A program made the translations under genes and the position numbers. A stretch of 64,000 nt of DNA from Acidobacteriota bacterium (GTDB taxonomy: Bacteria > Acidobacteriota > Polarisedimenticolia > Polarisedimenticolales > JBBIHH01), in contig JBBIHH010000002.1 in the NCBI GenBank assembly GCA_037447115.1, positions 35,817 to 99,816 of the forward strand. Direction: 5' to 3'. The notes beneath the pieces are model-generated. The model saw nothing but the letters and a program-made list of their open reading frames with translations. It was not told where the DNA came from and did no database searches. This document shows positions 21,696 to 30,858 of the stretch, one piece after another (position 1 is the stretch's first letter; each line of letters opens with the position of its first letter).

Positions 21696-22109
21696 GTGTC
21701 CTCGGCCGCAACGGGCTGCCCGCCGTGCGCGAAAAGGCCCGAGTGGACCCGACCCAAAAGGCCCGCCGCGGAGTGCACCTTCATCAGGACGACGCAGGAT
21801 TGGCAGGACTACACGGCAGGCGCACGCTTTCCGGGCCATCCCCTGAACGGCCTCACCTTCCAGCAGTTGGCCGACTTCGAGGCCAGTCGGCACGGGCATG
21901 CGTGGCCACAGATTGCAGGAGAGGAGGGAGAGAGACTCTTCAGGCTATACCGGGTGACCGAAGTACCCACGTATTGCGTCGTCGATGAAGAGGCAACCAT
22001 CCGCGCGCGTGGTCATACCCATGAGTGGGCCGAGATCCTCGGTGTGCTAGGTCGTCTCTCGCATCCGGTTGACGGATTGTCGCCGGAGCCGAGGCCTGAC
22101 CCGAGGTAG
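21696..22109 (+). pseudogene. thioredoxin-fold (TlpA/ResA-like) protein, probably truncated or degenerate
   Basis: 137-aa track ORF with a GTG start immediately after a stop codon. It has a CPPC redox motif at residues 8-11 and a C-terminal half like TlpA (WPQIAGEEGERLFRLYRVTEVPTYCVVDEEATIRARG). The N-terminal strand and any signal sequence are missing. Confidence 0.4.
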
Positions 22110-24690
22110 GGACGAGCACGGGATGGCGTGGAAGGCGAATGCCCGATGTCCCCGGTTGAGCAGCCCCGGCCGTACCTCTTGACGGCCAGTGGCTCGAGGG
22201 TGCCTGTTCCCCCTCTGGAGAGACCCGTGCAGCCAAGCGGCGTTGGCGCAGCGACTCCGCGCGCGCTTCGAGGAAGCGGCGGGCCTCTTCGGCGGCCCGC
22301 TCGCGCATCGCCTCGAACCGGGCCGCGAAGAGCCGCTCGATCGCGCTCGCCTCGACCGTTCCGGCTGTCTCCTTCTCTTCGAGGAAGCTCAGGTTGCTCT
22401 CCGGATCGGCGAGGGGCTCCCCGTCGGTCTTCACGCGGACCGCGAGGATCCGCTCTTCAAGCAAGCCTCCGCCTCCCTCGATCGTACCGAGGAAGGTGAA
22501 GACGACCGACGGCGGCTCGCCTGCCGCGACGATCCTCGCGGCGAGCCTCCTGGGCGCAAGACCCCGCACGCCCGGGTAGACCTGGAGCAGCCTCCGGCGC
22601 GCGTCCGCGGCCAGCGCCTGGACGAGGGGATGGAGCGGCGTCAGATACTCGACGTCTTCCGCCCGGTAGCGCACTGCTACCGAGCGGCGGAAGGTGGCCG
22701 CCGGATAGACGGGCGCCACGCCCGGGTCTCGATAGGCCGGCGGCACCTCGATGCGGAACACCCCTTCTCGGCCGGTATCCGGGCGGACCGCCCCAGGCCC
22801 GAGGATGGCGAGAACGATGCCCTCGAGCCCCTCGTCGTCGACGAGGAGAGGTTCCACCGTGTCAAGCAATGCCAGGATCCGCTCCTGCTCCGCTGAGGAG
22901 TCAGATCCCGCAGCGATGAGCGGCCGGACGCTGCGCACGAATTCCGCCGTGCGGTCCTCGAACAGCCGCACCAGCGCGGCCTTGTGGGCCTCCACGTCGG
23001 AGGCCTCCGGGTCGAGCTCGACGAGCCCCTCGTCGAGGCGCCGCTCACCGGCGAGAACACCGAGGATGTCCGGGGTCGACACGCGGTCCTTCGCTATGTT
23101 CTCGATCTTGGCGACGAGCTGGTGGAGGACGTCCTCCTCCGGGCTTGCCGGGTAGTAGAGGTAGCGGACGATCGGCTCGCGAGTCTGCCCGTAGCGGTCG
23201 ACCCGACCGTTTCGCTGCTCGAGACGGTTCGGGTTCCACGGAAGCTCGAAGTGGATCACCCGGCGGCACCGTCTCTGGAGGTTCAGGCCCTCGCTCGCTG
23301 CGTCGGTCGCGAGGAGGAGCCGCACCTCCGGCTGCTCGAACGCCTCTTGGCGCGCGAGGCGCTGGCGGCGCGTGAGTCCGCCGTGCAAGACGACCTAGCG
23401 GCCGGCGAGGTCCGCCTCGGCGTCGAGGCGGGCGCGGATGGCGTCGAGGGTATCGCGGTACTCCGTGAAGACGATCACCTTCTCGGCCGGGTCTTCCTGG
23501 AACACTGCGCGCAACTCCGCAAGAAGCGCCTCGAGCTTGGGGTCGCTCGCTGGGAGCCTCGAGAGAATCTTCCGGATCGCGTTGAGGGCCCCGATCTCGC
23601 TCTTGCGGCGCCGCTCCTCGCGCGGGATGGCGGAGCGAAGAATCCGCCGGGCCGTGCGCTCCGCCGCGGCCTCGCCGAGGGGGAGGTCCGCCTGGAGATC
23701 GCGTAGCTCCGCGCGGTCGGGTGGCTCTTCTCTCGCCTCCTCCTTGCGAAGCGCTTCGAGGCGGTGCTCCAGGGTCTTGGCGAGCGCCGCGCGGCTCGAA
23801 AGCGCCCGCTTCTTCACGATCTGCATCGCAAAACCCACGAGCTCGGCCTCGTCCGTCCCTGCGGCTCCTTTCGCCGTGCGGGCGCAGTACGACGCGACCT
23901 TCCGGAGCAGTTCCTTTTCCTGTTCGGTGAGGGCGCTGACCGGTACGCCGCGGACGGTCCGCTGCGGGAAGACGTCTTCCTCGCGACCGTCGGGCAGTCT
24001 TCTCTTGGTCTGCGCCTTCATGCGGCGGATCCGGGCAGTCTCGATCCGGCGGCGCACATCCTCGGGGGAACCCGCGAGCGTTGCGAGCGTCGGCTCCACC
24101 AGCTCGATGAGCGAGCGGAGGGAGTGGGAGTAGCCGTTGTCCGGTGTGGCCGTGAGGAGCAGGAGCCCGCGCGCTGCCTCGCGGAGGGCCACCCCTAGCC
24201 GCGTCCGCTGGGTGCGGTAGGGGTTCTCCGGCGTGCCCGACTCGGCGAGCGCCTGCGCCTCGTCTACGATGAAGAGATCCCAGCTCCTGCGGAGCGCCCG
24301 GTGCCGCACGGTTTCTTTCTTCAAGTAGTCGAGCGAGGTGATGACCCGCGGCAGCGCGTCCCAGGGGTTCGTGCCCGCCGGAAGCTCGGTTCGGACCCGC
24401 GAGAGGCCGGCCGCGTTGTCGATCGCGGTGAACTCGAGCCCGAACTTCTCCCGTAGCTCCTCCCGCCACTGGTCCAGGAGCCCCGGAGGCGTGACGATGA
24501 GGATGCGCTCCGCGCGACCTCGCGCCATGAGCTCCAGCATGGCCAGCCCAGCCTCGATGGTCTTGCCGAGCCCGACATCGTCCGCAATGAGGAGCGAAGC
24601 TCTGGGCTTGGCGAGCAGGCGCAGCGCCGGCGCGAGCCGGTAGGCCTCGAGCGCGACCCGCCCGAACCGCGAGATCTCAGGGAATTCCAT
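21940..24690 (-). pseudogene. SNF2-family helicase disrupted by an in-frame TAG and truncated at both ends
   Basis: Track ORFs 23395..25077 (from the ATG at 24690) and 21940..23388 are in the same frame, separated only by a TAG at 23395-23397. Helicase motifs present include IADDVGLGKTIEAG, IVDEAQ, LLLTATP and, after the TAG, LLATDAASEGLNLQ, ELPWNP and QRNGRVDRYGQ. Recognisable protein ends near 22228, and the remaining tail overlaps the Trx-like ORF. Confidence 0.75.
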
Positions 24691-24867
24691 TGACGCAACC
24701 CAGACAACCCGGCCCACTGCGGCGCCCCGGGCCTCGCTCCTGTTCGGAACACCCGATCCTGCCCCTTCTCCCCCCTGCGGGACCCTGCTCGACCACCCCC
24801 TGTCGGTGTCCGAGCCCTCCCCCTCGGCGCGAGGGTCCCGCAGCGGGCACACACCCCACCCTTCAAC
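24683..24867. repeat. diverged direct repeat, copy B (~185 bp)
   Basis: This is the counterpart of 21318-21506. It contains a perfect 12-bp inverted repeat, CTGCGGGACCCT (24775-24786) / AGGGTCCCGCAG (24832-24843). Its low-coordinate end coincides with the present SNF2 start codon. Confidence 0.6.
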
Positions 24868-24945
24868 CGCCCTCGCGCTCTCGCGCCGGCCGCCTCTCGC
24901 CCCTGCCGCCCTCGAACCTGCGCTCCTGCGCCCGCCTGATGCCGC

Positions 24946-25077
24946 CGGGGGCGCCCGCCCCTGCTCGAACGGGTCCGCCTTCCCGCGTTCCCTCAGGTGG
25001 CGCAGGATGCGGGCGACGATGGCCGGGTCGGTGATCGCCGAGCCCCCCTTCATCTCCGATCCGCAGCGGGGACACAC
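24946..25077 (-). mobile_element. C-terminal fragment of an IS91/ISCR-type (Y2 transposase) gene
   Basis: The start of track ORF 23395..25077 reads (V)CPRCGSEMKGGSAITDPAIVARILRHLRERGKADPFEQGRAPP. This matches the zinc-ribbon plus ..I.D..v...IL.HLG....PP..A tail that I associate with IS91-family transposases. Nothing recognisable lies upstream. Confidence 0.5.
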
Positions 25078-25345
25078 GAGGGGAGCGGCTTTCGCCCTGC
25101 GGGCCCTCCGGGCGCGTGGCTGTCAAGGGCGAGAAAAGGGAGGCAGCGTCGCGGTGGGGCTTCGAGTGGGGGCATCGCCTCGCAATGGAGTCGGGGCACG
25201 TGCCGGCGACGGCCCCGTGTAGCTTACGGAAGATCGGTGGTGGTGGATCGGCGGAGAGGACCGAGCCGCACGCCGGGAAACACGCGCCCTGCCTGCTTTG
25301 GCCTCTCGTCCCTCCGGCTGACCGGCAAGGTCCGCTTTGGCTAGT

Positions 25346-28336
25346 ATGGGGGCGATGGCCCCCACGCTCTACCTCGTCGACGGGACGTCCCAGCTTTTCC
25401 GGGCCTACTTCGCGCTTCCCGGCCTGACGAACCGCGAGGGGTTGCCCACCCACGCCGTTTTCGGCTTCACCACGATGCTCAACAAGCTGCTCAAGGAAGA
25501 GCAACCCCAATACATCGCGGTGGCTTTCGACTCGCCAGCTCCCACGTTTCGCCACGAGCGCTTCGCGGACTACAAAGCCCACCGCCCCGAGCCGCCCGAA
25601 GATCTCCGCCGCCAGGTCCCTTACGCCAAGGAAGTCTGCCGTGTCCTCAACATCCCGGTCCTCGAGGAGCCGGGATACGAGGCGGACGACCTGATCGCCA
25701 CCTACGCGCGCCTGGCTCGCGAGGCGGGCTTCGAGGTCGTGATCGTGGCCGCGGACAAGGACTTGCTGCAGCTGGTCGGCGACCGGGTGCGCCTGCTCCA
25801 TCCGGTGAAAAACGTCACGCTCGACGCCGAGGGCGTGCGGCAGAGCTTCGGGGTGCCTCCCGATCGCGTGCGCGACGTCCTGGGGCTGATGGGCGACTCG
25901 GTGGACAACATCCCCGGCGTTCCCGGGGTGGGGGAGAAAACGGCCCTCGCCATGGTGCGCACCTACGGCGCCCTGGAGGCGATCCTGGAGCGGGCGGCGC
26001 GCTTGGTGGCGCTGTTCGACGCGCGCGACCGGCTGCTCGCCGCCGTGGAGGACGCGGAGGATCCGGCGCGGGCGGCGAAGGCGGGCCTCGAGGCGGCGTG
26101 GGACGCCTTCCGCGCCGCCGCACGGGCGCTGCTCCCATGCGAGAGCGACGAGGAGTTCCGCGCGCGCCTGGAGGGGACACTGGCCCGGCTCGAGGAACTT
26201 TGGGCCTTGACGCGGAACGCTTCCGACAAGCAGCGCTCGGCCGCGTGGAAAAGCTGGAGGCGGGAGCTGAAGGAACTCGAGAAGGGAAGCTCGCGGCGGA
26301 TCTGGTCGGCGGTGCACGAGCATGCCCAGCAGGCGCGGCTGAGTCGCGAGCTCGCCACGCTCGACCGCGAAGTGCCCGCGACGTTCGCGCCGCAACGCTT
26401 CCTGCGCGGCGAGCCCCAACGCGACCGGGCCCGGGCGCTGTTCGAGCTGCTCGAGTTCAAGCGCCTCGTCTCCGATTTCGGCCTGGGCGCTGCCCGCGGC
26501 CGGGGAGACGAGGAGGCTGAGGCGCGTGCCGCCTTTGCCGTCGAGGTGGAGCGGCTCGAGGGGAAGGAGGCGCAGGAGCGCTTCGCGGCCGCCTGCCGCG
26601 AGCGCGGGCGTCTGGGGGTCGAGGTGCTTGCCGACGGTCCGGATCCCCTGCGGGCGCGCGCGCTGGCACTGGGCCTGAGCTTCGGCGCGGGACGAGGCGC
26701 AGCGCTCGCCCTGGAGAGGGCGGGGGCAACGCCGGCGGGGTCCGAGGCGTCGGAACAGGCGCGGGCCGTCCTGCGGCCGCTGCTGGCGGAGGCTTCGATC
26801 CTCAAGGTGGCGACCGACCAGAAGGCGGCGCAGCACCTGCTGGAGCGGGCGGGCCTGAGGATCGCGGGCTGGGGGATCGATCCCTCGGTGGCGGCGTTCC
26901 TGCTCGATCCGGGCCGCGGAAGCTACGCCCTGGAAAAGCTGGCCTGGGAGCATCTCGGGCGCGAGCTGCCCGCGCTCCAGGTTCACGCCGGGGATGGCGA
27001 GGACGCCTTCGACGTCGCGAGCCGCGAGCACCTGCTGGCGGAGCGCGCGGAGGCCAGCCTGCGGCTCGCCGAAATGCTGGAACGGCGCCTGGAGGAGCAG
27101 GGACTGCTCGAGCTCTACCGGACGATCGACGGGCCCTTGCTGGAGGTGCTCGCGCGTATGGAGCGCTGGGGCATCCGGCTCGACGTGGACAAGCTGCGCG
27201 AGATGTCCTCTCGCATGGAGGCGTGGCTCGCGCGGCTCCGGCAAGACATCCACCGCCTGGCGGGCGTGGAGTTCAACGTGGATTCACCGAAGCAGTTGCG
27301 CGAGGTGCTCTTCGAGCGGCTGGGTCTGAAACCCATCCGGACCACGGCCAAGAGCGGGGTCCACTCCACCGATGCCCGCACGCTGGAGGAGCTCGCCGCG
27401 GAGCACCCCATCGCGCGCGCGATCATGGAGTACCGGGAGCTGGCGAAGCTCAAGGGCACCTACGTGGACGCCCTTCCGGCCCTCGTCCATCCGCAGACGG
27501 GGCGGCTGCACACACGCTACAACCCCACCGGCGCTGCCACAGGACGGCTGTCTTCGGCGGAGCCCAATCTCCAGAACATCCCCGTCCGCAGCGAGGTCGG
27601 CCTCGAGATCCGCGCCGCTTTCGTCGCGGACTCTGGATTCGTGTTTCTCGCCTCGGATTACTCGCAGATCGAGCTGCGCGTGCTGGCGCACATCTCGCGC
27701 GATCCGGAGCTGGTGGAGGCTTTCCGCCGCGGCGCGGATATCCATCGGTACACCGCGGCCCGCATCCATGGCATCGCACCGGAGCTGGTGGACGAGGCCA
27801 CGCGCCGCCGGGCCAAGGCGGTCAACTTCGGCATTCTCTACGGCATCTCGGAGAGCCGTCTCGCGGCGGAGCAGGGGATCAAGCGCACCGAGGCCCGCCG
27901 CTTCATGCGTGCTTACTTCGAGCGCTTCCGGGGCGTGCGGGACTACATCGCATCGGTGCGCGAGCAAGCGCGCCGGGACGGCGCCGTGCGGACCCTGTTC
28001 GGCCGCGTCCGCTACTTCCCGCAGCTCAAGCAGCGCCGCGCGGGCCGGGCCGCCCACGAGGCCGCCCTCCGTGCCGCCGTGAACACGACGGTCCAGGGCA
28101 CGGCGGCGGATCTGATGAAACTGGCGATGCTCCGTGTGGATCGGGCGCTGCGGGAGCGGGGGCTGGGAGCGCGCATGCTGCTTCAAGTGCACGACGAGCT
28201 GCTGTTCGAGGTGCCGGAACAGGAGCTCGAGCCCACCCGCGAGCTCGTGCGCCGGGAAATGGAGGGTGTCTACCCGCTCGACGTCCCCCTCGTGGTGGAT
28301 CAGAAAGTGGGCCGCAACTGGAAAGAAGCCACCTAG
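25346..28336 (+). CDS. polA: DNA polymerase I
   Basis: Track ORF 25337..28336; the ATG at 25346 or 25355 is the likely start. It has a 5'-nuclease domain (LYLVDGTSQLFRAYFA, GDSVDNIPGVPGVGEKTA) and polymerase motifs A/B/C (LASDYSQIELRVLAH, RRRAKAVNFGILYG, LLQVHDELLFE). The 3'-5' exonuclease acidic motifs look degenerate (VEVLA for DTET). There is an extra ~95-aa insertion at ~26003-26300. Confidence 0.95.
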   Translation: MGAMAPTLYLVDGTSQLFRAYFALPGLTNREGLPTHAVFGFTTMLNKLLKEEQPQYIAVAFDSPAPTFRHERFADYKAHRPEPPEDLRRQVPYAKEVCRVLNIPVLEEPGYEADDLIATYARLAREAGFEVVIVAADKDLLQLVGDRVRLLHPVKNVTLDAEGVRQSFGVPPDRVRDVLGLMGDSVDNIPGVPGVGEKTALAMVRTYGALEAILERAARLVALFDARDRLLAAVEDAEDPARAAKAGLEAAWDAFRAAARALLPCESDEEFRARLEGTLARLEELWALTRNASDKQRSAAWKSWRRELKELEKGSSRRIWSAVHEHAQQARLSRELATLDREVPATFAPQRFLRGEPQRDRARALFELLEFKRLVSDFGLGAARGRGDEEAEARAAFAVEVERLEGKEAQERFAAACRERGRLGVEVLADGPDPLRARALALGLSFGAGRGAALALERAGATPAGSEASEQARAVLRPLLAEASILKVATDQKAAQHLLERAGLRIAGWGIDPSVAAFLLDPGRGSYALEKLAWEHLGRELPALQVHAGDGEDAFDVASREHLLAERAEASLRLAEMLERRLEEQGLLELYRTIDGPLLEVLARMERWGIRLDVDKLREMSSRMEAWLARLRQDIHRLAGVEFNVDSPKQLREVLFERLGLKPIRTTAKSGVHSTDARTLEELAAEHPIARAIMEYRELAKLKGTYVDALPALVHPQTGRLHTRYNPTGAATGRLSSAEPNLQNIPVRSEVGLEIRAAFVADSGFVFLASDYSQIELRVLAHISRDPELVEAFRRGADIHRYTAARIHGIAPELVDEATRRRAKAVNFGILYGISESRLAAEQGIKRTEARRFMRAYFERFRGVRDYIASVREQARRDGAVRTLFGRVRYFPQLKQRRAGRAAHEAALRAAVNTTVQGTAADLMKLAMLRVDRALRERGLGARMLLQVHDELLFEVPEQELEPTRELVRREMEGVYPLDVPLVVDQKVGRNWKEAT

Positions 28337-28525
28337 CGGGCCCGCAACGAGGGGCGCGGCGGCGCAGGCAGGCCGCAGCGCACCCCGGCGGCCGCCGCTT
28401 GCCCCCGGCGGCTCCGGAAACCATCTTTTCCTCGCCGGTTGGACGGAGCGCACCCATGCCTCGAGCGGGGCCGCATGCCGGCAGGCGGTGGCCTCGGTGC
28501 GGGCGCCTACGGGGAGAGACGGGCG

Positions 28526-29716
28526 ATGGGCGGAAGCGCCGCGCGGCTGCCCGCACGCAGCCGGATCCTGGTGGTCGACGATGAGCTTTCGGTTCGCGAG
28601 GTCCTGACCGAGGGCCTGCGCAGCTTCGGCTACGACACCTGCCCCGCCGCCAGCGCCGACGAAGCGGAGCGGTTGCTGCGGGACGAGCCGGTGGACCTGA
28701 TCCTCTCGGACATCGAGATGCCCGGCCGCAGCGGCCTGGACCTGCTGCGGCACGTGCGGGAACGCTACCCGCACGTGGATGTCGTGATGGTCACCGGCAT
28801 CGTGGACACCGAGACCGCGATCCGCTCCATTCGCGAAGGGGCTTACGATTACGTCACCAAGCCTTTCAACCTGGACGATGTCCGCTTTGCCGTGGAGCGC
28901 ACGCTGCGGCATCGCCGCGACATCGTGGAGAAAGAGGCCTACCGGCGCCAGCTGGAGCGCGAGAAGCGGACGCTCGAGGAGAAGGTCGAGGAGCGGACGC
29001 GCGAGTTGCGGGAGAAAAAGCAGGAGATCGAACGGCTCTACCGGGAGCTCGAAGCTTCCTACGAGAGCACGCTGCAAGCCCTCGTCACCGCCCTCGATTT
29101 CCGGGACAACGAGACCCAGGGACATTCGCTGCGGGTGGTGGAGTACGCCGTCGAGGTCGCCCGCGAGCTGGGCATCGGCGAGCCCCAACTGGGTTGGATC
29201 CGTCGGGGGGCGATCCTGCACGACGTGGGCAAGATCGGCGTTCCCGACGCCGTGCTGCGCAAGCCGGGACCGCTGAGCGCCGAAGAGTGGGAGCAGATGA
29301 AAAAACACCCGGAAATGGGCTACCGCATGCTCCAACACATCCCCTTCCTCAAGCCCGCCCTGGAGATCGTCCTCTGCCACCAGGAACGCTGGGACGGTTC
29401 CGGGTACCCCCGGGGTTTGCGGGGCGAGCGGATCCCGCTCGGAGCCCGGATCTTCGCGGTCGTGGACACCTTCGACGCCATGACCTCCGACCGACCCTAC
29501 CGGCCGGCGCTGAGCATCGCGCAGGCCATCGAAGAGGTGCGCCGTTTCGCGGGAAGCCAGTTCGACCCCCGGGTCGCCGAAGCCTTCCTGGCCATCGCTC
29601 CCCAGCGCTGGCAACAGATCCGCGACCGGGTGCACCGGCAGGTGCGCGAGCTCGAGGCGCACGTGCGGCGCGACCTGTGGGCCGCGCGAGTTGACGAGCT
29701 CCCGAGCCGCTGGTAG
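28526..29716 (+). CDS. response regulator with HD-GYP phosphodiesterase output domain
   Basis: Track ORF 28439..29716; the ATG at 28526 is preceded by GGGGAGAG. It has a receiver domain (ILVVDDE...LILSDIEMPG...TKPF) and a coiled coil. The HD-GYP domain reads HSLRVVEY, ILHDVGKIGVP and HQERWDGSGYPRGL. Confidence 0.9.
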   Translation: MGGSAARLPARSRILVVDDELSVREVLTEGLRSFGYDTCPAASADEAERLLRDEPVDLILSDIEMPGRSGLDLLRHVRERYPHVDVVMVTGIVDTETAIRSIREGAYDYVTKPFNLDDVRFAVERTLRHRRDIVEKEAYRRQLEREKRTLEEKVEERTRELREKKQEIERLYRELEASYESTLQALVTALDFRDNETQGHSLRVVEYAVEVARELGIGEPQLGWIRRGAILHDVGKIGVPDAVLRKPGPLSAEEWEQMKKHPEMGYRMLQHIPFLKPALEIVLCHQERWDGSGYPRGLRGERIPLGARIFAVVDTFDAMTSDRPYRPALSIAQAIEEVRRFAGSQFDPRVAEAFLAIAPQRWQQIRDRVHRQVRELEAHVRRDLWAARVDELPSRW

Positions 29717-29819
29717 CCTGGGCGCAGCCGGCGGCACCGGGCGCAAGCAACGGAGGTCGAGCGCGCCGCCGCGCCAGGGCGCCGGGAACCGACCGCGGGC
29801 GCTCCGGAGGTCCGAGGCG

Positions 29820-30536
29820 ATGAAGCGCAAGCTCGCGTGGACCGCGGTGGGGTGCCTGCTCGGGCTGGCGGTCCCCGCCGCCGACCGGGGGGTGCCCGCA
29901 TCCGGCGCCCCCGAACTCGAAGCCGTCCTCCAGCGCTTCGACCGCGCACAGGCCGCGATCCGCACGCTGCGGGCCGAATTCACCGAGGTGGCCCGCAGCG
30001 AGCTGCTGAAGGAGCCCCTCGTGGCCCGCGGCGAGCTGTTCATGACGAAGCCGGACGCTGTGATGTGGCGCTACACGGCCCCGGAGGTGGCCCAGTTCCT
30101 CATTGCCCGGGACGAGTACGTGGGCTACTTCCCCGCGCGCAAGCAGGCGGAACGGCGCGACATCCACCGCTGGCGCGACCAGATCTTCCGTTATTTCGGC
30201 GTGGGACAGGCGTCGGCGGAGTTGAGGCAGACCTATGCCATCCGCCTGGACTCGGCAGGCCCGGCCGCGGGGCGGCCAGTCGTGCTCGTGCTCGAGCCGC
30301 GCAAGCGACGCTTGCAGCGCCACATCGCATCGATCCGCTTCTGGTTGGACCCCGAGCGCTACCTCCCGGTGCAGATCGAGTACGAGGACGCCGACGGAAA
30401 CCGGCGGGTCGTGCGGTTCGAGAAGATCGAGATCAACCCGGAGCTGTCGGCTTCGCTCTTTCGGATCGAGATCCCGAACGACGTCACCGTGACGACGGGG
30501 TTCGCCGGGCTGCGGACGCTGGCAGCCGCCGAGTAG
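29820..30536 (+). CDS. LolA-like outer-membrane lipoprotein carrier family protein
   Basis: Internal ATG at 29820 within track ORF 29691..30536. It has a signal peptide (MKRKLAWTAVGCLLGLAVPA). The LolA-type pattern is LRAEFTEV..S.LLKEPLVARGELFMTKPD..W.Y. Confidence 0.7.
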   Translation: MKRKLAWTAVGCLLGLAVPAADRGVPASGAPELEAVLQRFDRAQAAIRTLRAEFTEVARSELLKEPLVARGELFMTKPDAVMWRYTAPEVAQFLIARDEYVGYFPARKQAERRDIHRWRDQIFRYFGVGQASAELRQTYAIRLDSAGPAAGRPVVLVLEPRKRRLQRHIASIRFWLDPERYLPVQIEYEDADGNRRVVRFEKIEINPELSASLFRIEIPNDVTVTTGFAGLRTLAAAE

Positions 30537-30546
30537 CGCCGCCCCC

Positions 30547-30795
30547 TCAACCGCGGAACTGCTCCCGCAGCCGGCGGAAGCGGGCCGTGTAGATCAGGTC
30601 GTACAGCTCCATGCGATCCGGCAGCAGGCTCAGGCATTCCAGGCGCAGCTCGCGCTCGGCGAGGGCGCAGTCCAGGTCGGAATAGCAAGACGTGACGATC
30701 ATGGAGGCTACCCGGTCGGCGCGGCGCCGGATCCACTCCGCAGGATCGAGCTTTTCTCCGTCGCGTCCGTCGGGGCGCTCCGGCATGCCGGACAT
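30547..30795 (-). CDS. hypothetical small protein (82 aa)
   Basis: This is the 3' end of track ORF 30547..32439. The ATG at 30795 is preceded by GGAGG at a 6-nt spacing. The product reads MSGMPERPDGRDGEKLDPAEWIRRRADRVASMIVTSCYSDLDCALAERELRLECL.... I recognise no family. Confidence 0.45.
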   Translation of the reverse strand: MSGMPERPDGRDGEKLDPAEWIRRRADRVASMIVTSCYSDLDCALAERELRLECLSLLPDRMELYDLIYTARFRRLREQFRG

Positions 30796-30858
30796 GGGCG
30801 ACCTCCGGTGCGAGAATCTAGGGCGAAACGCCGCGCCCGGCCATGCCCAGGGACCGAG

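Noticed and set aside
23395-23397. The in-frame TAG codons (SNF2 at 23395, ECF sigma at 15819) as evidence for amber recoding or pyrrolysine-type readthrough.
   Set aside because: TAG clearly terminates well-conserved genes here, for example polA at 28334-28336 and the HD-GYP regulator at 29714-29716. Both affected genes carry additional truncations or deletions typical of pseudogenes. No pyl genes are visible.
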